DNA of 64,000 nucleotides from Octopus sinensis. Taxonomy: Eukaryota. The stretch spans positions 18,724,001-18,788,000 of the forward strand of contig NC_043013.1 of assembly GCF_006345805.1 (NCBI RefSeq), in the 5' to 3' direction. The first letter of the stretch is position 1, and each line of letters begins with the position of its first letter. The notes under the pieces were generated by a model that ran no database searches, was not told the origin of the DNA, and was given only the letters and a program-made list of their open reading frames with translations. The position numbers and the translations under genes are program-made. This document shows positions 13,893 through 28,009 of the stretch, in pieces.

Positions 13893-14070
13893 TCTATGTA
13901 TGTCCGTGTGTGTAGCTCTGTACTAAGTGTGTGGTGTGTGTGTGTGAGTCTATATCATGTGCGTGTGTGTAGCTCTGTACTAAGTGTGTGTGTGTGAGAG
14001 TCTATATCATGTGCGTGTGTGTAGCTCTGTACTAAGTGTGTGTGTGTGTGTGTGTCTATATCATGTGCAT
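13893..14070. repeat. ~52-bp minisatellite (about 3.3 units) embedded in (TG)n
   Basis: TCTATATCATGTGCGTGTGTGTAGCTCTGTACTAAGTGTG units start at about 13893, 13949, 14001 and 14055. Confidence 0.85.
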
Positions 14071-14279
14071 GTGTGTGTTTCTGTGTGTTTAAATCACGAG
14101 TATATGTGTATGTGTGAGTCTCATACGTGTGTGTGTGCTTCAAAAAAATTGTGTCTTTATCATGTGTATGTATGGTCAGTAGTTGTGTGTGTGCGTGTGT
14201 CTGTTTCTTGCACATATATGTTTTCGAAACACGTGTGTGTGCGTGTATGTTTGTCTATATCATGTGTGTGTGTGTTTTG

Positions 14280-14364
14280 TGTGTGGTCAGCATTTGTGTG
14301 TGTGTGTGCGTGTGTCAATTTCTTGCATATGTTTTGAAAGTATATGTATGTATGCGTGTGTGTT

Positions 14365-14396
<32 letters not shown>

Positions 14397-15323
14397 CGTG
14401 TGTGTTCGTTTGTTTGTGTATGAGTGTGTGCGTGTGTGTTTGTGTGTGTGTATGTGTGCGTGTGTGTTCATTTGTTTGAGTGTGTGTGTGTGTGTTTGGT
14501 GTGAGTGTGTGCGTGCGTGTGTGTGTTTGTACGTGTGTGTGTGTGCGTGTGTGTTCGTTTGTTTGTGTGTGTGTGTGCGTGCGTGTGTGTTTGTGTGTGT
14601 GTGTGCGCGTATGTGTTCGTTTGTTTGTGTGTGTGTGTGTGTGTAAGTCTCTATAAAGCGATTTATACCATTTCATGTGTGCGTGACTGTGTAATTCTTT
14701 GAAAGTGTGTGTATTTGTACAGTGTGTGTGTGTGTGTTTGTGTGCGCGCATGTACGCGTGCACGTCTTCAAATCTGGGCCTTGAAAATTGGGTTTCCTAA
14801 ATGATGTGCGAGTGCGTGTGCGCGCGCGGTGTATAAGATTCTAACTGTGTGTGCTTGAGTGTGTGCCCGGAAATTCCGAAATGTGTGCATGTGAGTGTAT
14901 GTGTGTAACTTTGTAAATGTATGTGTTTGTATGTGTGTATGCGTGTGAGTGTTTCTAAGTATGTGTGTGTGTGTGTCTGTGTGTAAGCTTCTAAATGTGT
15001 TTATGCCTGTGTGTGTGTGTGTGTGTAAATTCCTAAATGTGTGTGTAAGTTTCTAAATGTGTATGTGTGCGTGTGTATGTGTGTGTGCGCGCGCGTGTAT
15101 GTGTGCGTGCGCGTGTGTGTGTGTGTATGAAGTTTCTAAATGCGTGAATGTGTGTCTTGAAAATAGTTTGTATGTGCGTGTGCGTGAGTGTATGTGTGCG
15201 TGCGATGCATGTGTGTGTGGGAGAGGTGTGCGTCTGCCCGCCCGTGCACATTTGAAACCGCGTGAATAAATTTAGTGCGTGTTTGCGTTTATGTGCATAC
15301 GAATGGTGGTGTTGGTGGTGTGA

Positions 15324-15367
<44 letters not shown>

Positions 15368-15440
15368 TTGTACGTGACTGTGCGTGTCAGTGTATGTGTG
15401 TGTGTATGTGTGTGTGTGTATTTCTGTTTCTGAAACTGTG
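14280..15440. repeat. Long degenerate (TG)n / TGCG / TTTG field
   Basis: Visible directly, with recurrent GTGTTCGTTTGTTTG and TTTCTAAATGTGTG sub-motifs. Confidence 0.9.
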
Positions 15441-16027
15441 TATCTATCTATTTTGTGTATGCGTGCATTTGATTGTGAACAATGCGTACGTCTATAACTA
15501 TATCACACGCATTTCTGTAGATGCAGTGAACGGGTATGTTTGAAACTATGTACTTATATGTGTGTGTATACTTCAAAATGAAAATGCATATCATGTGTGT
15601 GAATACGTGTGCGTGTGTGTGTGTGTGTATGTGTGTGTTTGTGTTGAAGAGAGAGAAAGAAAGAGAGATTGTGGATATTGTAAATGTATAACGCGGCTTT
15701 CTTTCAATCCATGTGTATGTATGTGTGTCTCCTTCAGATTGTAAGACTATATGCTTATGTGTATGTGCGTTTATGCGTGTATGTGTATACGTCTGTATGT
15801 TTACATATATCTATCTATCTATCTGTCTATCTATCTATCTATGTATGTATGTATGTATGTATGTATGTATGTATGTATGTATGTATGTATGTATCTATCT
15901 ATCTATCTATCCATGTATGTATGTATGTATGTATGTATGTATGTATGTATGTATCTATCTATCTATCTATCCATGTATGTATGTATGTATGTATGTATGT
16001 ATGTATGTATGTATGTATGTATGTATG

Positions 16028-16069
<42 letters not shown>

Positions 16070-16292
16070 CATGTGTATCCGTGTATATAAAAATGTTCAT
16101 TAATACGTCCATGTTTGTTTTGTATCCAAGAATGTGTCATGTATGTGTGTGTGTAAGCTTGCCCGCTTCTGTGTGTGCGCCTATATGTGTTTGAGTGTGT
16201 GTGTGTGTGTGCGTGTGCGTGTGTGTGTCTGTCTATCTGTCTGTCTGTGTATGTCTGTGTGTCTGTGTATGTACTGTTAAGTAAGGAACAGC

Positions 16293-16326
<34 letters not shown>

Positions 16327-16569
16327 GCAACAGCAACAATGCTAACATCATCAAGAATAACAGTCTGAACTGTAAAAGTGACAAGACAGATATATATTCC
16401 ATTAGCAGAGGAATTGGTGGATTAAATGGTATATGACTGAAGGGTATGGGTTGCTGGGAGTTGGTGGGGGCCGGTGCGATGATGGTGGTGGTGGTGGTGG
16501 TGGTGGTGGATATATGGTGGATACACGTGTGTGTGTATGTGCGCGTGTGTATTCACGCATATTGGTAAC

Positions 16570-16903
16570 GACGATGATGATGATGATGATGATGATGTAG
16601 TGTTGACGTTGTTGAAGTTTTTCGAAATGATGGGATTGTCAATGATGGTAATGATGATGGTGATGATGATGGAGATGGTAGTGATGTGGATGCGATAAGT
16701 GTAATGATGGTTTTCATAACGGTAGAGATAATGATGATGACGGTGATGGTAGTGGTAGTGGTAGAGATGATGGTCTTGGGGGTGATGGCAAGAGTGATGG
16801 CAGTGATGGTGATGATGGTGGGGATGGAGATGGTGGTGATGTGGATGCGATAAGTGTAGTGATGGTTATCATAATGGTAGAGATAATGATGATGATGAAG
16901 ATT

Positions 16904-16948
<45 letters not shown>

Positions 16949-17047
16949 GTTGATGCTGGTTGATGATGGTGTTGGTAGTGGTAGAGATGATGGTCTTGGG
17001 GGTGATGGCGAGAGTGATGGCAGTGATGGTGATGATGGTGAGGACGA

Positions 17048-17082
<35 letters not shown>

Positions 17083-17135
17083 ATAGTAATAGTAATGACG
17101 GTGATGGTGGTGGTGGTAACGGTGGCGTGTGCGTG
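16570..17135. repeat. Degenerate (GAT/GGT)n tract with internal higher-order duplications
   Basis: GATGTGGATGCGATAAGTGTA..GGTAGAGATAATGATGA occurs twice, and GGTAGTGGTAGAGATGATGGTCTTGGGGGTGATGGC.AGAGTGATGGCAG occurs twice. Confidence 0.85.
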
Positions 17136-17512
17136 TTGATGATGCGCAGAGGACACATGGTGAGTAGGGTGCAACATGTAGGAGGATAAATAGACAGACA
17201 GATACGAACATAGATAGATATAGATAGACAGATAAAGAAGAGGAGAGGGAGAGAGAGAGATGAAGGAGGGAGGGAGGGAGGGAGGGAAGGTGGAGGGAGA
17301 CACAGAGGAAATTCATGGGAGCAAGTACATACGTAAATCATACATACATGGTGAATTATAAATATATGCCTATATATATATAAATATATATATATACATA
17401 TATATGCACGCACACACACAAATATGTATATATATATGTATGTGCATATATGTATGTGTATATACATATGTATGTATGTATATATATGTGTGTGTGTATA
17501 TATATATATATG

Positions 17513-17557
<45 letters not shown>

Positions 17558-17662
17558 ATATATTATATATATGTATGTACATACATACACATTCGCACTT
17601 ACACCAGACGTATATGTGCATATTTATTAATATCTATAATTATACTTATATATATGTGAATG

Positions 17663-17713
<51 letters not shown>

Positions 17714-17739
17714 GCATATACAAATATATATGTGTGTGT

Positions 17740-17794
<55 letters not shown>

Positions 17795-17977
17795 AACATG
17801 CATGCATACATATATGTGCATATATATTAATATAGTACTAATATATACATAAGTAGGGGTCTGTACTATTTCAATCCTTTCCCAATGCATTGTGCTCTCT
17901 TCTCAGGCTTATAAATACATTCATATATATATTCATATCTACATACATTCATATATAACTTATTTATGAGCAAATTT

Positions 17978-18600
17978 ATGTATGTGTGTATGTATGTATG
18001 TATGTATGTATGTATGTATGTATGTATGTATGTATGGATGTATGTGGCATTTTGTATGGTATGTATGTATGTTGTAAATGTATGTATGTATGTATGTAAT
18101 GAATGTACGTATGTATGTATGTATGTATGTATGTATGTATGCATGCATGTATGTATGATGTATGTATGTATGTATGTATGTATGTATGTATGTATGTATG
18201 TATGTATGTATGAATGTATGTATGTATGTATGTATGTATGTATGTATGAATGTATGTATGTATGTATGTATGTTTGTATGTATGTATCTATGTATGTATG
18301 TATGAATGTATGTATGTATGTATGTATGTATGTATGTATGTATGTATGTATGTATGTATGAATGTATGTATGTATGTATGTATGTATGTTTGTATGTATG
18401 TATGTATGCATGTATGTATGTATGAATGTATGTATGTATGTATGTATGTATGTATGTATGTATGTATGAATGTATGTATGTATGTATGTATGTATGTATG
18501 AATGTATGTATGTATGTATGTATGTATGTTTGTATGTATGTATGTATGTATGTATGTATGTATGAATGTATTATGTACGTATGTAAGTAGGTATGTATTT
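17978..18600. repeat. (TATG)n tetranucleotide array, ~620 bp
   Basis: Visible directly, with periodic TATGAATG and TTTG variant units. Confidence 0.95.
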
Positions 18601-18726
18601 GTGCATGCATTTATTTATTTTTGTATAGGTGTGTTTATATGTAGATAATTATTTATCTATCTGTCTTTCTGTCTCTCTTTCTAATATATAAAATGTATAA
18701 TATCTCTACATCTCTCTCTCTCATTC

Positions 18727-18816
<90 letters not shown>

Positions 18817-19188
18817 CATATGTATATCAAGGCAGAGAGAGAAAGAGAGGGAGAGAGAGAGCGTGTGAAAACTGAACACTCATACACTGTTATAGATAAA
18901 TATATATACACAATATAATCATATATATATATATATATATGTATCTACATGCATATACATACATGTGTGTGTATGCATTATTTGCGCAGTCACTGAGGTT
19001 GATACGCTGTTTGAAGGTGTATATCCAAATATATATGTATGCATGTATATATATGACGTCTGTATATTTATATATGTATATATGTATATATATATATATA
19101 TATAATATAATATATATTAATATATAAATAAATATAATATATATCAGATATATATATATACAAATATATATATATATAAACATATATC

Positions 19189-19251
<63 letters not shown>

Positions 19252-20145
19252 TATATAGAAGAGGGCTAGACATTATGACAGAGAATGTGAAGTAAAAGTA
19301 AGATAACCATATAAATTGGTTTAATATTCTTCAGGTATTTCGGGGTGGGTGTGGTCCAGGAAGTAAGTTGATCCTGCACTGAGTGGGATGCAGAGAGAGA
19401 GGTGGGGGATGAAGAAAGTGAATGAGATGTCACTTAAGCTGAGTGGGATGTTGTGTGTGTGAGTGAGTGTGTGAGAGAGAGATGGAGAGAGTGAGAGAGA
19501 GTGAGAGAGAGAAGAGGAGGGGCATTTAGAAGAGCGTAAACAGATTGTGAAATAAGTTGAGGGAAAGTGAGAGTGTGTGCGTTTGTTTGTGCGTGTGTAT
19601 GTGTGTGTGTTTGTAAGTTTCGATTATTCTAAATAAAGAGGAAAGTATGGAGTGTGAGATGGAAGTGTTAGATAACTTAAACAGAGTTGGGAAGAGGGAT
19701 AGCGATAGAGAGAAGAGAGAGAGAGAGAGTGTGAGAGAGAGAGAGAGAGAAACAGAAGGAGGGAGAAAAGGAGAGTGTCTGTGTTTGTTTGTGTAAACGT
19801 AGCGTGTTAGACATTTCTAAAATGAGTGGGATACAAGGAGAGGGGGAGAGAAAGGAAAGAACGGGCGGAAGTGAATGAGAGAGAGAGTTAGCTAACTCTA
19901 AAACAAAACTGAAAAATAAAGACAGACTAATAAATAGATAGATAGATTGTTTGATTGATAGATAGATAGATATATAGAAAAATAAGGGGGATCTAGATGA
20001 TAAAAATGAAGTGTTAGGGAGGGTGAGAGATGGAGTTAGTGAGTGGGACGAGAGAGAAAGAGAGAGAGAATAAAATCAAGAACTACAAGGAAGATAAGGC
20101 GGAGATAATAAATGTTCAGTGAGAAATGCGTGTGTTTTGCAAATA

Positions 20146-20230
20146 ATCGATAAGTTTTGGTTTTGACCAATGAGCTAGCACCATAAAATGGTATTTATAA
20201 AAGACTGTTAGGAAAGTTAGTAGAAGTTGC
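20146..20230 (+). promoter_or_regulatory. Candidate Pol II core promoter (DRE-like, CCAAT, TATA, Inr-like)
   Basis: ATCGATA 20146-20152, CCAAT 20167-20171, TATAAAAG 20196-20203, and TTAGT/AAGTT initiator-like motifs 21-30 nt downstream of the TATA start. Confidence 0.5.
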
Positions 20231-20316
20231 TGCTATATCACGGTTCGTTCCTTAACTGTCGCTAATACACATTTAAATATTCATATAGAAAGACACAAGA
20301 ATATATACACACCAAG
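20225..20316 (+). other. Candidate non-coding first exon
   Basis: Unique sequence with no ATG following the TATA/Inr, ending at a strong donor CAAG|GTAAGA (20316/20317). Microsatellites resume immediately after. Confidence 0.45.
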
Positions 20317-20325
20317 GTAAGACAG

Positions 20326-20414
<89 letters not shown>

Positions 20415-20491
20415 TCATCTCTCTCTCTCTCTCTATCTGTCTATCGTCTCTGTCGTTCTCAATGACCTCCATTTATGTATGTATGTAGATA

Positions 20492-20578
<87 letters not shown>

Positions 20579-20850
20579 TTATATATGCATATATATAAAG
20601 GTATCTATATGCAATTCTATATATACGTGTTCATATATGTGTATATATATATATATCTATATATATATATATGTGTGTATGTATGTTAAGTGCATTATAA
20701 TATTGTGTGCGTGTTTGTGTATATGTATATACAAACACACATATATAGTCCAAACATACATGCATCTGCTATACATATACATATCATACATATGTACATC
20801 TATACATACCACACACACTCACACACATATATTATAGATAAACTTACCTA

Positions 20851-20902
<52 letters not shown>

Positions 20903-21317
20903 TACATATAACATACATAAATATATAGACATACCTACCTACATATAAATACACACCACACACACACATATATGTATGTATGTATGTATGTATAAACACA
21001 TACTCACACGCACATACGCACCTAAATGCATATGATCAGCAGATGTGCATTGATTCGACATAAACATTAACCAATCTTATCTTACTATATGCTTATATGT
21101 TCAAAACTTTTCAACTTGTCAGGCGTCCACTATAATAGAACTGTCATTTTGCGCATGGAATATTTCAGATTACTAATATCAAGGAATATAACAACTTTGC
21201 CTGTGTTGATATTCTTTGATATCAAACCATTGTCTTGAAAAATATAGAATTTGATAACCCTTAATCTCTGTCGTGTAATTATGTAATTGTATATATATGT
21301 GTGTGTTTGTGTGTATG

Positions 21318-21348
<31 letters not shown>

Positions 21349-21586
21349 GCCTACGTATGTGTGCGTGTATTGCAGGCTTAAGTCATTGGGCTGTCACCAT
21401 TCTGAGGCGCAAATTTCGAGAGTTTAATCATACACCTGTTGGGCTTTGATGAATTCTTCATCGGCTTCGTCGATGCGCATTCAATTGTGCTTATAGTCCA
21501 CAGACTATTATCAAGTTTTTGCACCAGGTTGCACAGAAAGAATAAATTTTAAAATTTTAGTTCTATTTTATTGGCTGTTTTTTTCA

Positions 21587-21627
<41 letters not shown>

Positions 21628-21905
21628 TATATATATATATATAATATATTATATATATACATATATATATGTAATAATTTAGTTACATTTATTATGCACT
21701 ATTATTTTGTTATCGGCTTGATACCTCGGTTCATGCTGCATAAAAGGTTGGGGACAACAGCTTTTAGGTATTCAAATGCCTACTCCTAAACCTAACATGA
21801 AAGCGGTGGAGTGTTCTAAGAACACGAGTGCTATTAAAGGAGTTCTGAGATGGAACCGCCGTGGTAAAATGTGATTAAGCCGGAGGTAGACAGAGTGAGA
21901 GTGAC

Positions 21906-21943
<38 letters not shown>

Positions 21944-22264
21944 AAGAGAGAGAGAGAGCGAGCGAGAGAGAGAGCGAGCGAGAGAGAGAGAGAGTGAAGG
22001 AGAAAGAAAGAAAGACAAAGAGAGAAAAGAATATCCTAAATATGTTAAGTGGTGTTTTATTTGTCGACCACGCAAAGTTGAGCAACTTAAGATTTGAACC
22101 CGTATCTCAGAATAAAACTAATTATTTCTGTCTAATAACTATTTGAACAATACCAATATTTAATAAATGCCAACATTACGTTGAGATGAAGGAAGGCAAG
22201 ACATCGGTTTTCCCGAGTAAATACATAAAGAAACAAAGAGACACATATCCATACACACATTTGT

Positions 22265-22313
<49 letters not shown>

Positions 22314-23274
22314 CCTATAAATATATATATATATATATGAATACAAAATTCAAGTTTCGCCTATTGGCTTATTCGGCCAATGTTATCCGTAACTTGAAGT
22401 GCCAGTTTCTACGATTCTTACAATGAGTTTATCTCTCTCATTTTTCAGTGAGATGATAACCTCATTTTAACACACACGCCAGCCCACTCGCCTGATCCCC
22501 CCCACATATACATATACGTATGTATATATGTATAGACTCACACACACATATGTATATATCCATGTATAGATATAGGTGAATCTTAATACACCCCCCTCGG
22601 TTTAACACTACCACCTGGTCCATAGATAGCATTGGAGATTGTTCTATTGCTGGCATGTGAACTTGGTTTCAGGATGATGTGTAGGAAGCCAAGTGTAGTG
22701 GATTGTACCCGTCATCCGGTTACCAGATATTTCGGCTACTACAGTCTTTCCTGTGACTAAGCCTCATCATATATTGCGACAGAGGCAACGAAAGTGAGTT
22801 TTGAAAATACAGAGGGCTTCAAATCTTCTGTTTTGCTGTTACTGCGCTACAAATATTTCTCCTTAATTACGTTGAAGTTTTCCATTAATAAATACATGAC
22901 TTCCACCATAGTTACATTCAAATGTTGCCGTGATACATAACTACCACAACAAATATTCAATCTCATTTCCATTCATTAAAGTTTTGCAATAATACAGAGA
23001 TATCACAGTAAATATTGAAACACAGATTCATCTTTGTTTTGTAATAATACATGGTTATCGTAACCCTATAACATAGTCTCTATCTCACTTTAATTACTTC
23101 CAAAATAAATACATTCTTTTGAGGTAATCATTAAAATATTTAATATTATAGAATTTTCGCAAATAAAGATACTTTAATATGTCGGCCTCCTTTCCTGCGA
23201 TGTGTGTTTCTACGTATGTATGTATGTACGTATGTATGCATGCACGTATGCATTTATGTATGTATGTATACACA

Positions 23275-23305
<31 letters not shown>

Positions 23306-23784
23306 CACACACACACAAACACACACATATATATATATACAATATACACGCACTCAAGGATTTAGAATCTTTGAGAACGTGAAGTAATAATTTTTAGGAA
23401 CAGTGAATGTTGAAACGAATTAAACTATAACTCGTAAGTATTGGATAAAAATACCTACCAGTTATATATACATACATACATAAATACACACACATATATA
23501 AATATATATATATATACATGTGTATATTCAAAGGGCAAGACCGCTAGGTAGTCGGCCGTATGCTAGAAATAGATCACCAACGATCAAACTACAAAGAATA
23601 TTCTCTAGAGGAAAATTCAGCGTACACCAGAACAATTAGGCGAGCAAGACAAATGAAAATTATATAATTTTCATCTGTGAGGTAGGTCGGGAGAGTCCGT
23701 GACTTATACATACATACATACATACAACATACATACATACATACATACATACATACATACGTATATATAAGTACACAAACTTTG

Positions 23785-24640
23785 CCTGCGATGGGTAAAT
23801 TGTCGCCATTTATATTTTTAATTTCGTGCATGTGCGTTGTTTGCCTTTGATTTTGTTGGCTACACAGTATAGTAGGGTCACTTGGGCACCGGCTATGACA
23901 AAATAGCACTATGACGCAATTCTCTCGGCCAGTAATTTGTAAACGATATGCTGTACTGCTTGGTATTTGCACCGGAAGCTTCAATACGAACATTTCATAG
24001 TGCATGGGTGCCAATCTGAGGACAGTGCAATCTGAGGACATGTACCAAAAGTGATAAATATCAAATATCCAGTCAACATCATGTTGTTTGGAGTGATCGC
24101 TAGTGATGGCGACGTTATGCCTCTATTCTTTTTCCCACACGGCCTCACACTCAAAACCGAGACCTACATTAGATGCCTGGAAGAGGTAGTGCTGCCCTGG
24201 GTCAAGAGAGTGGCTCCTGGAAGACGCTATATCTGGCAACAAGACCCTGCACCATGCTACACAAACAGGAGAAACCCTTCATGGCTGTCAGACAATTTCT
24301 GCGACCACATCACCCCTAACATCGGTCCACCTAACTTCCCAGACTGCAACTCTTTGGTCATTATTTGTCGGGCGCAGTTGAGCAAGAAACCAAGAAAACT
24401 CCTTGTAACACCAAAGGTGAACTAAAGGTAAGGATTATGGCAGCATTCACCTACCTAAAAAAGGAGACCGTCCAGAAGAGTTGCAGGGAGATTCCGAAGT
24501 CGTGGTTGAAACCAATGGCGGTTTTATTGAATAAATTTACTCTTTAGTATTTCAAGATATTTTAATGTAATTTTGGTAAATATATAAATTAAAATGAGAT
24601 GTCAGTGCTATTTTCACTTTTGCGTAAGTTTATTCCCCCC
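23785..24640 (+). mobile_element. Internally deleted Tc1/mariner transposon, DD37D (maT) type
   Basis: ORF 24051-24425 has NIMLFGVIASDG...WQQDPAP...PPNFPDCNSL, with 37 residues between the second Asp and the position of the third. The C-terminus continues as AAFTYLKKETVQKSCR. Confidence 0.85.
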
Positions 24641-24675
24641 CCCCATATACATACATATATTTATATATATATATA

Positions 24676-24890
24676 TATAGGGAGAGTTTTCGAAAAAAAC
24701 AAAAGACGAAGACAGGTGGTGTACAAAACAAACAGATGTATTAGTATTACGCTCAGGAATAGAAAAAGTCTTTTACGTTTCGAGCCTACGCTCTTCTACA
24801 GAAAGGGACACAGAAAAAAACAAGGAGAGAAACAAAGAGAGAGAAAAAGGAGAGAAAAAATGTGTGTAGTGGCTAACGATCTATCATGGA
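24676..24890 (-). mobile_element. Penelope-like terminal-repeat fragment carrying a hammerhead-like motif
   Basis: Minus strand 24770-24805 reads CUUU CUGUAGA A GAGC guag GCUC GAAAC GUA AAAG. The flank GTAC..TATT..ACGCTCAGGA resembles 10585-10620. The Penelope assignment is inferred from the motif type; no PLE ORF was recognised. Confidence 0.5.
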
Positions 24891-25557
24891 GCACACAAAA
24901 TTGTGTATATATAGTCCCGATTTGGCTAAATACATAGAATGACGGAATATACACATTTGTTTAAGATAAACAATTAAACGGTACTTCACTCGTTAAGTTA
25001 AACCTGAGTTCACTTCATTTCCTTTTTATGCAACCATACAAAGTATTTAAGACATCATAAAGAAGACTGGCGAATTACATATCTTGATAAATCATTTCTC
25101 ATAGTATTGATATCATTAAATTCTAATCCGACACATAATTCTTCAGGATAAGTGTCCAAGTGTATTTTGATGTAGCATATATGTGCATTTTTGCTGATTG
25201 AGTTGCAGTACATATACAAACAATTAGACATTTCTACGCAAGTTTCTTGAAGGTTTCACCTATTCTGATTGGGGAAGCGAGCTGAGGATTTCAAGTATTA
25301 GATAGTCCTTCTTATAGCCACTCAGGATATTTTATACACGTAGTGGCAAAAAGAACCTTCATTAGTTCAGGATGGATTCTCACCATTGACCACTCACAAT
25401 GAAGGTAATATAATACAATATCAGATAAATGGACAGATTTAGAAGGGATTGAGAAATAGAGGAAATGAATATAGATTCAATTTGAGTGATCTAACTAGTC
25501 CACAGAACTAAAGTTTTATACTGTTTTCAATGTTAGAAATATTACTAGTATTCAATA

Positions 25558-25637
<80 letters not shown>

Positions 25638-26229
25638 GTAGAAGACACTTGCACAAGGTGTCATGCAGTGGGACTGAACCCGAAACCATGTAGTCCGGAA
25701 GCTAACTTTTTACCACACAATATATATACATATTACATAAATTTAATATAATATATATATATACATATATATATATATTATAGTCATAATATATATACAT
25801 ATATATATATACATATAATATAAATACATATATTATATATACAATATATACATATATATATATATATATATATCATTACTATATATATAGATTATATATA
25901 TATATATATATATATATAGATAGATATATATATATATACACATATACATACATACATACAAACACACACACACACACCATATATATATAAATTTAAACTT
26001 TACAATCCGCACACTATTACAAATGTGTCTAAAAAGCCGAGGGCTTTGCGTGCGCATAATGCTTCTAAATCATATCAAAGTTTGATAAGCGCCATGTACG
26101 AAACTCGCGGCTTCTGTAGCATTCTGCCGAACAAATAAATCAAAACTACATATAACCATGTATTGAGTTCTACTTTTCCTGCTTGTTCTACAAACCATAT
26201 AGACATTTCGTACATACAAACATACATCA

Positions 26230-26500
26230 TGGCACGTGGCTCAATGGTTAGGGTATTTGGTTCACAATCGTAAGGTCGCGATTTCGATACACGCAGGTGC
26301 ATTGTTTCCTTCAGTAAGACACTATTTCACCTTGCTCAGTCTACTCAGCTACCTAAAAACGACTAGTACATGTAATTCAAAGGGCCAGCCTTGTCTCATT
26401 CTGTGTGACGCAGAATCACCCTGAGAAATACGTTAAGGGTACACGTGTCTGTGGAGTGCTCAGCCACTTGCACGTCAATATCACGAACAAGCTGTTGTAT
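26230..26500 (+). mobile_element. SINE type D-related copy
   Basis: GGCACGTGGCTCAATGGTTAGGG head, and GGGTACACGTGTCTGTGGAGTGCTCAGCCACTTGCACG shared with 11375. Confidence 0.8.
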
Positions 26501-26509
26501 GTGTGTGTG

Positions 26510-26831
26510 TATAATATGTATATATATATATTCATACATATATACATATATGTATGAATATATATATACATATATATATACATATATGTATGAATATATA
26601 TATACATATATATATGAATATATATATACATATATATACATATATACATATATATACATATATATATACATATATATATACATATATACATATATATATA
26701 CATATATATATACATATATATACATATATACATATATATATACATATATACATATATATACATATATATATACATATATACATATATATATACATATATA
26801 TATACATATATATATACATATATACATATAC

Positions 26832-26862
<31 letters not shown>

Positions 26863-27074
26863 CATATATATATAACATATACATATAATATATATACATA
26901 TATATATATATATACATATATATATACAATATATATATATACAATATATATATACATATATATATATTATATATACATATTATATATACATATATATATA
27001 TACTATATATACATATATACATATATATATATATATAATACTATATAATATATATACATATATATATATTACAT

Positions 27075-27126
<52 letters not shown>

Positions 27127-27200
27127 CATACATATATATATATACATACATATATATATATAATACATATATATAATAATATATATTATACATATATATA

Positions 27201-27289
<89 letters not shown>

Positions 27290-27290
27290 G
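26510..27290. repeat. Compound (TA)n/(TACA)n array
   Basis: Visible directly. Confidence 0.95.
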
Positions 27291-27789
27291 ATGTTTGTTT
27301 TTAGGTTCAATCACAAAACAAGCAGTTTTGTATTAAGCTGATGGGTTACTATATACTTTCGTAAAGTACAGATTGATTATTTATAAATAAGAATCTTGCT
27401 GACAGTAACTTAGAATTAAGCCATTGTCGGACTCTCTCATATGGGTTACTCAGTTTACAAATGCATTATTAATTTCAATAAGCCATATGCTCACAGTCCG
27501 AGAATTGCTTGGAGACACAAGGCATGTTATAAAAAAAAACTTGCTTAGACTCGCCTATCCAATGCATGTAATTATAAGTAGCCACTATCTTTATGCTGTA
27601 TACATTAAAATACAATATTACATAATGATGCAAATAAACAAATAAGACTACTTAGATTTTATTAAATAGAACTATCTAGGTTTTATTAAAACATGTATCT
27701 ATACAAAATGACCATACATGTATACATGTAAATAGAGAGAAAGCAAAGGCCGAACTTTTTTAGACGATGAATATCCAAGTATAAATATA

Positions 27790-27977
27790 TACTGTAATCC
27801 CTCGCCATATCGCGGTTCACCTATCGCGGTTCACCTATCGCGGGTAGATTAAAGTATATATATATATACTTTACACACACACATACCCATTGAGTCATTG
27901 AGTGATACTCAGTCGGTTTCAACGACGAAGGTTCCAGTTCACCTATCAACGTAGCAGCTTATCGAGGGTTTACTGTA
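27790..27977. mobile_element. Possible Tc1/pogo-type MITE remnant
   Basis: TA|CTGTAATCCCTCG ... CGAGGGTTTACTG|TA: 11/13 inverted match with TA on both flanks, and a duplicated TATCGCGGTTCACC subterminal motif. Confidence 0.4.
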
Positions 27978-28009
27978 TAAAAATAGAGATGTTTATATAT
28001 TTGTACATT

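Noticed and set aside
16553-17467. His/Pro/Ser-rich 304-aa minus ORF
   Set aside because: Built from GAT/GGT, GGAG and TA repeats, with no domain-like sequence.
24950-25530. Possible Penelope ORF upstream of the hammerhead-like repeat
   Set aside because: No GIY-YIG or RT motif is recognisable in any frame.
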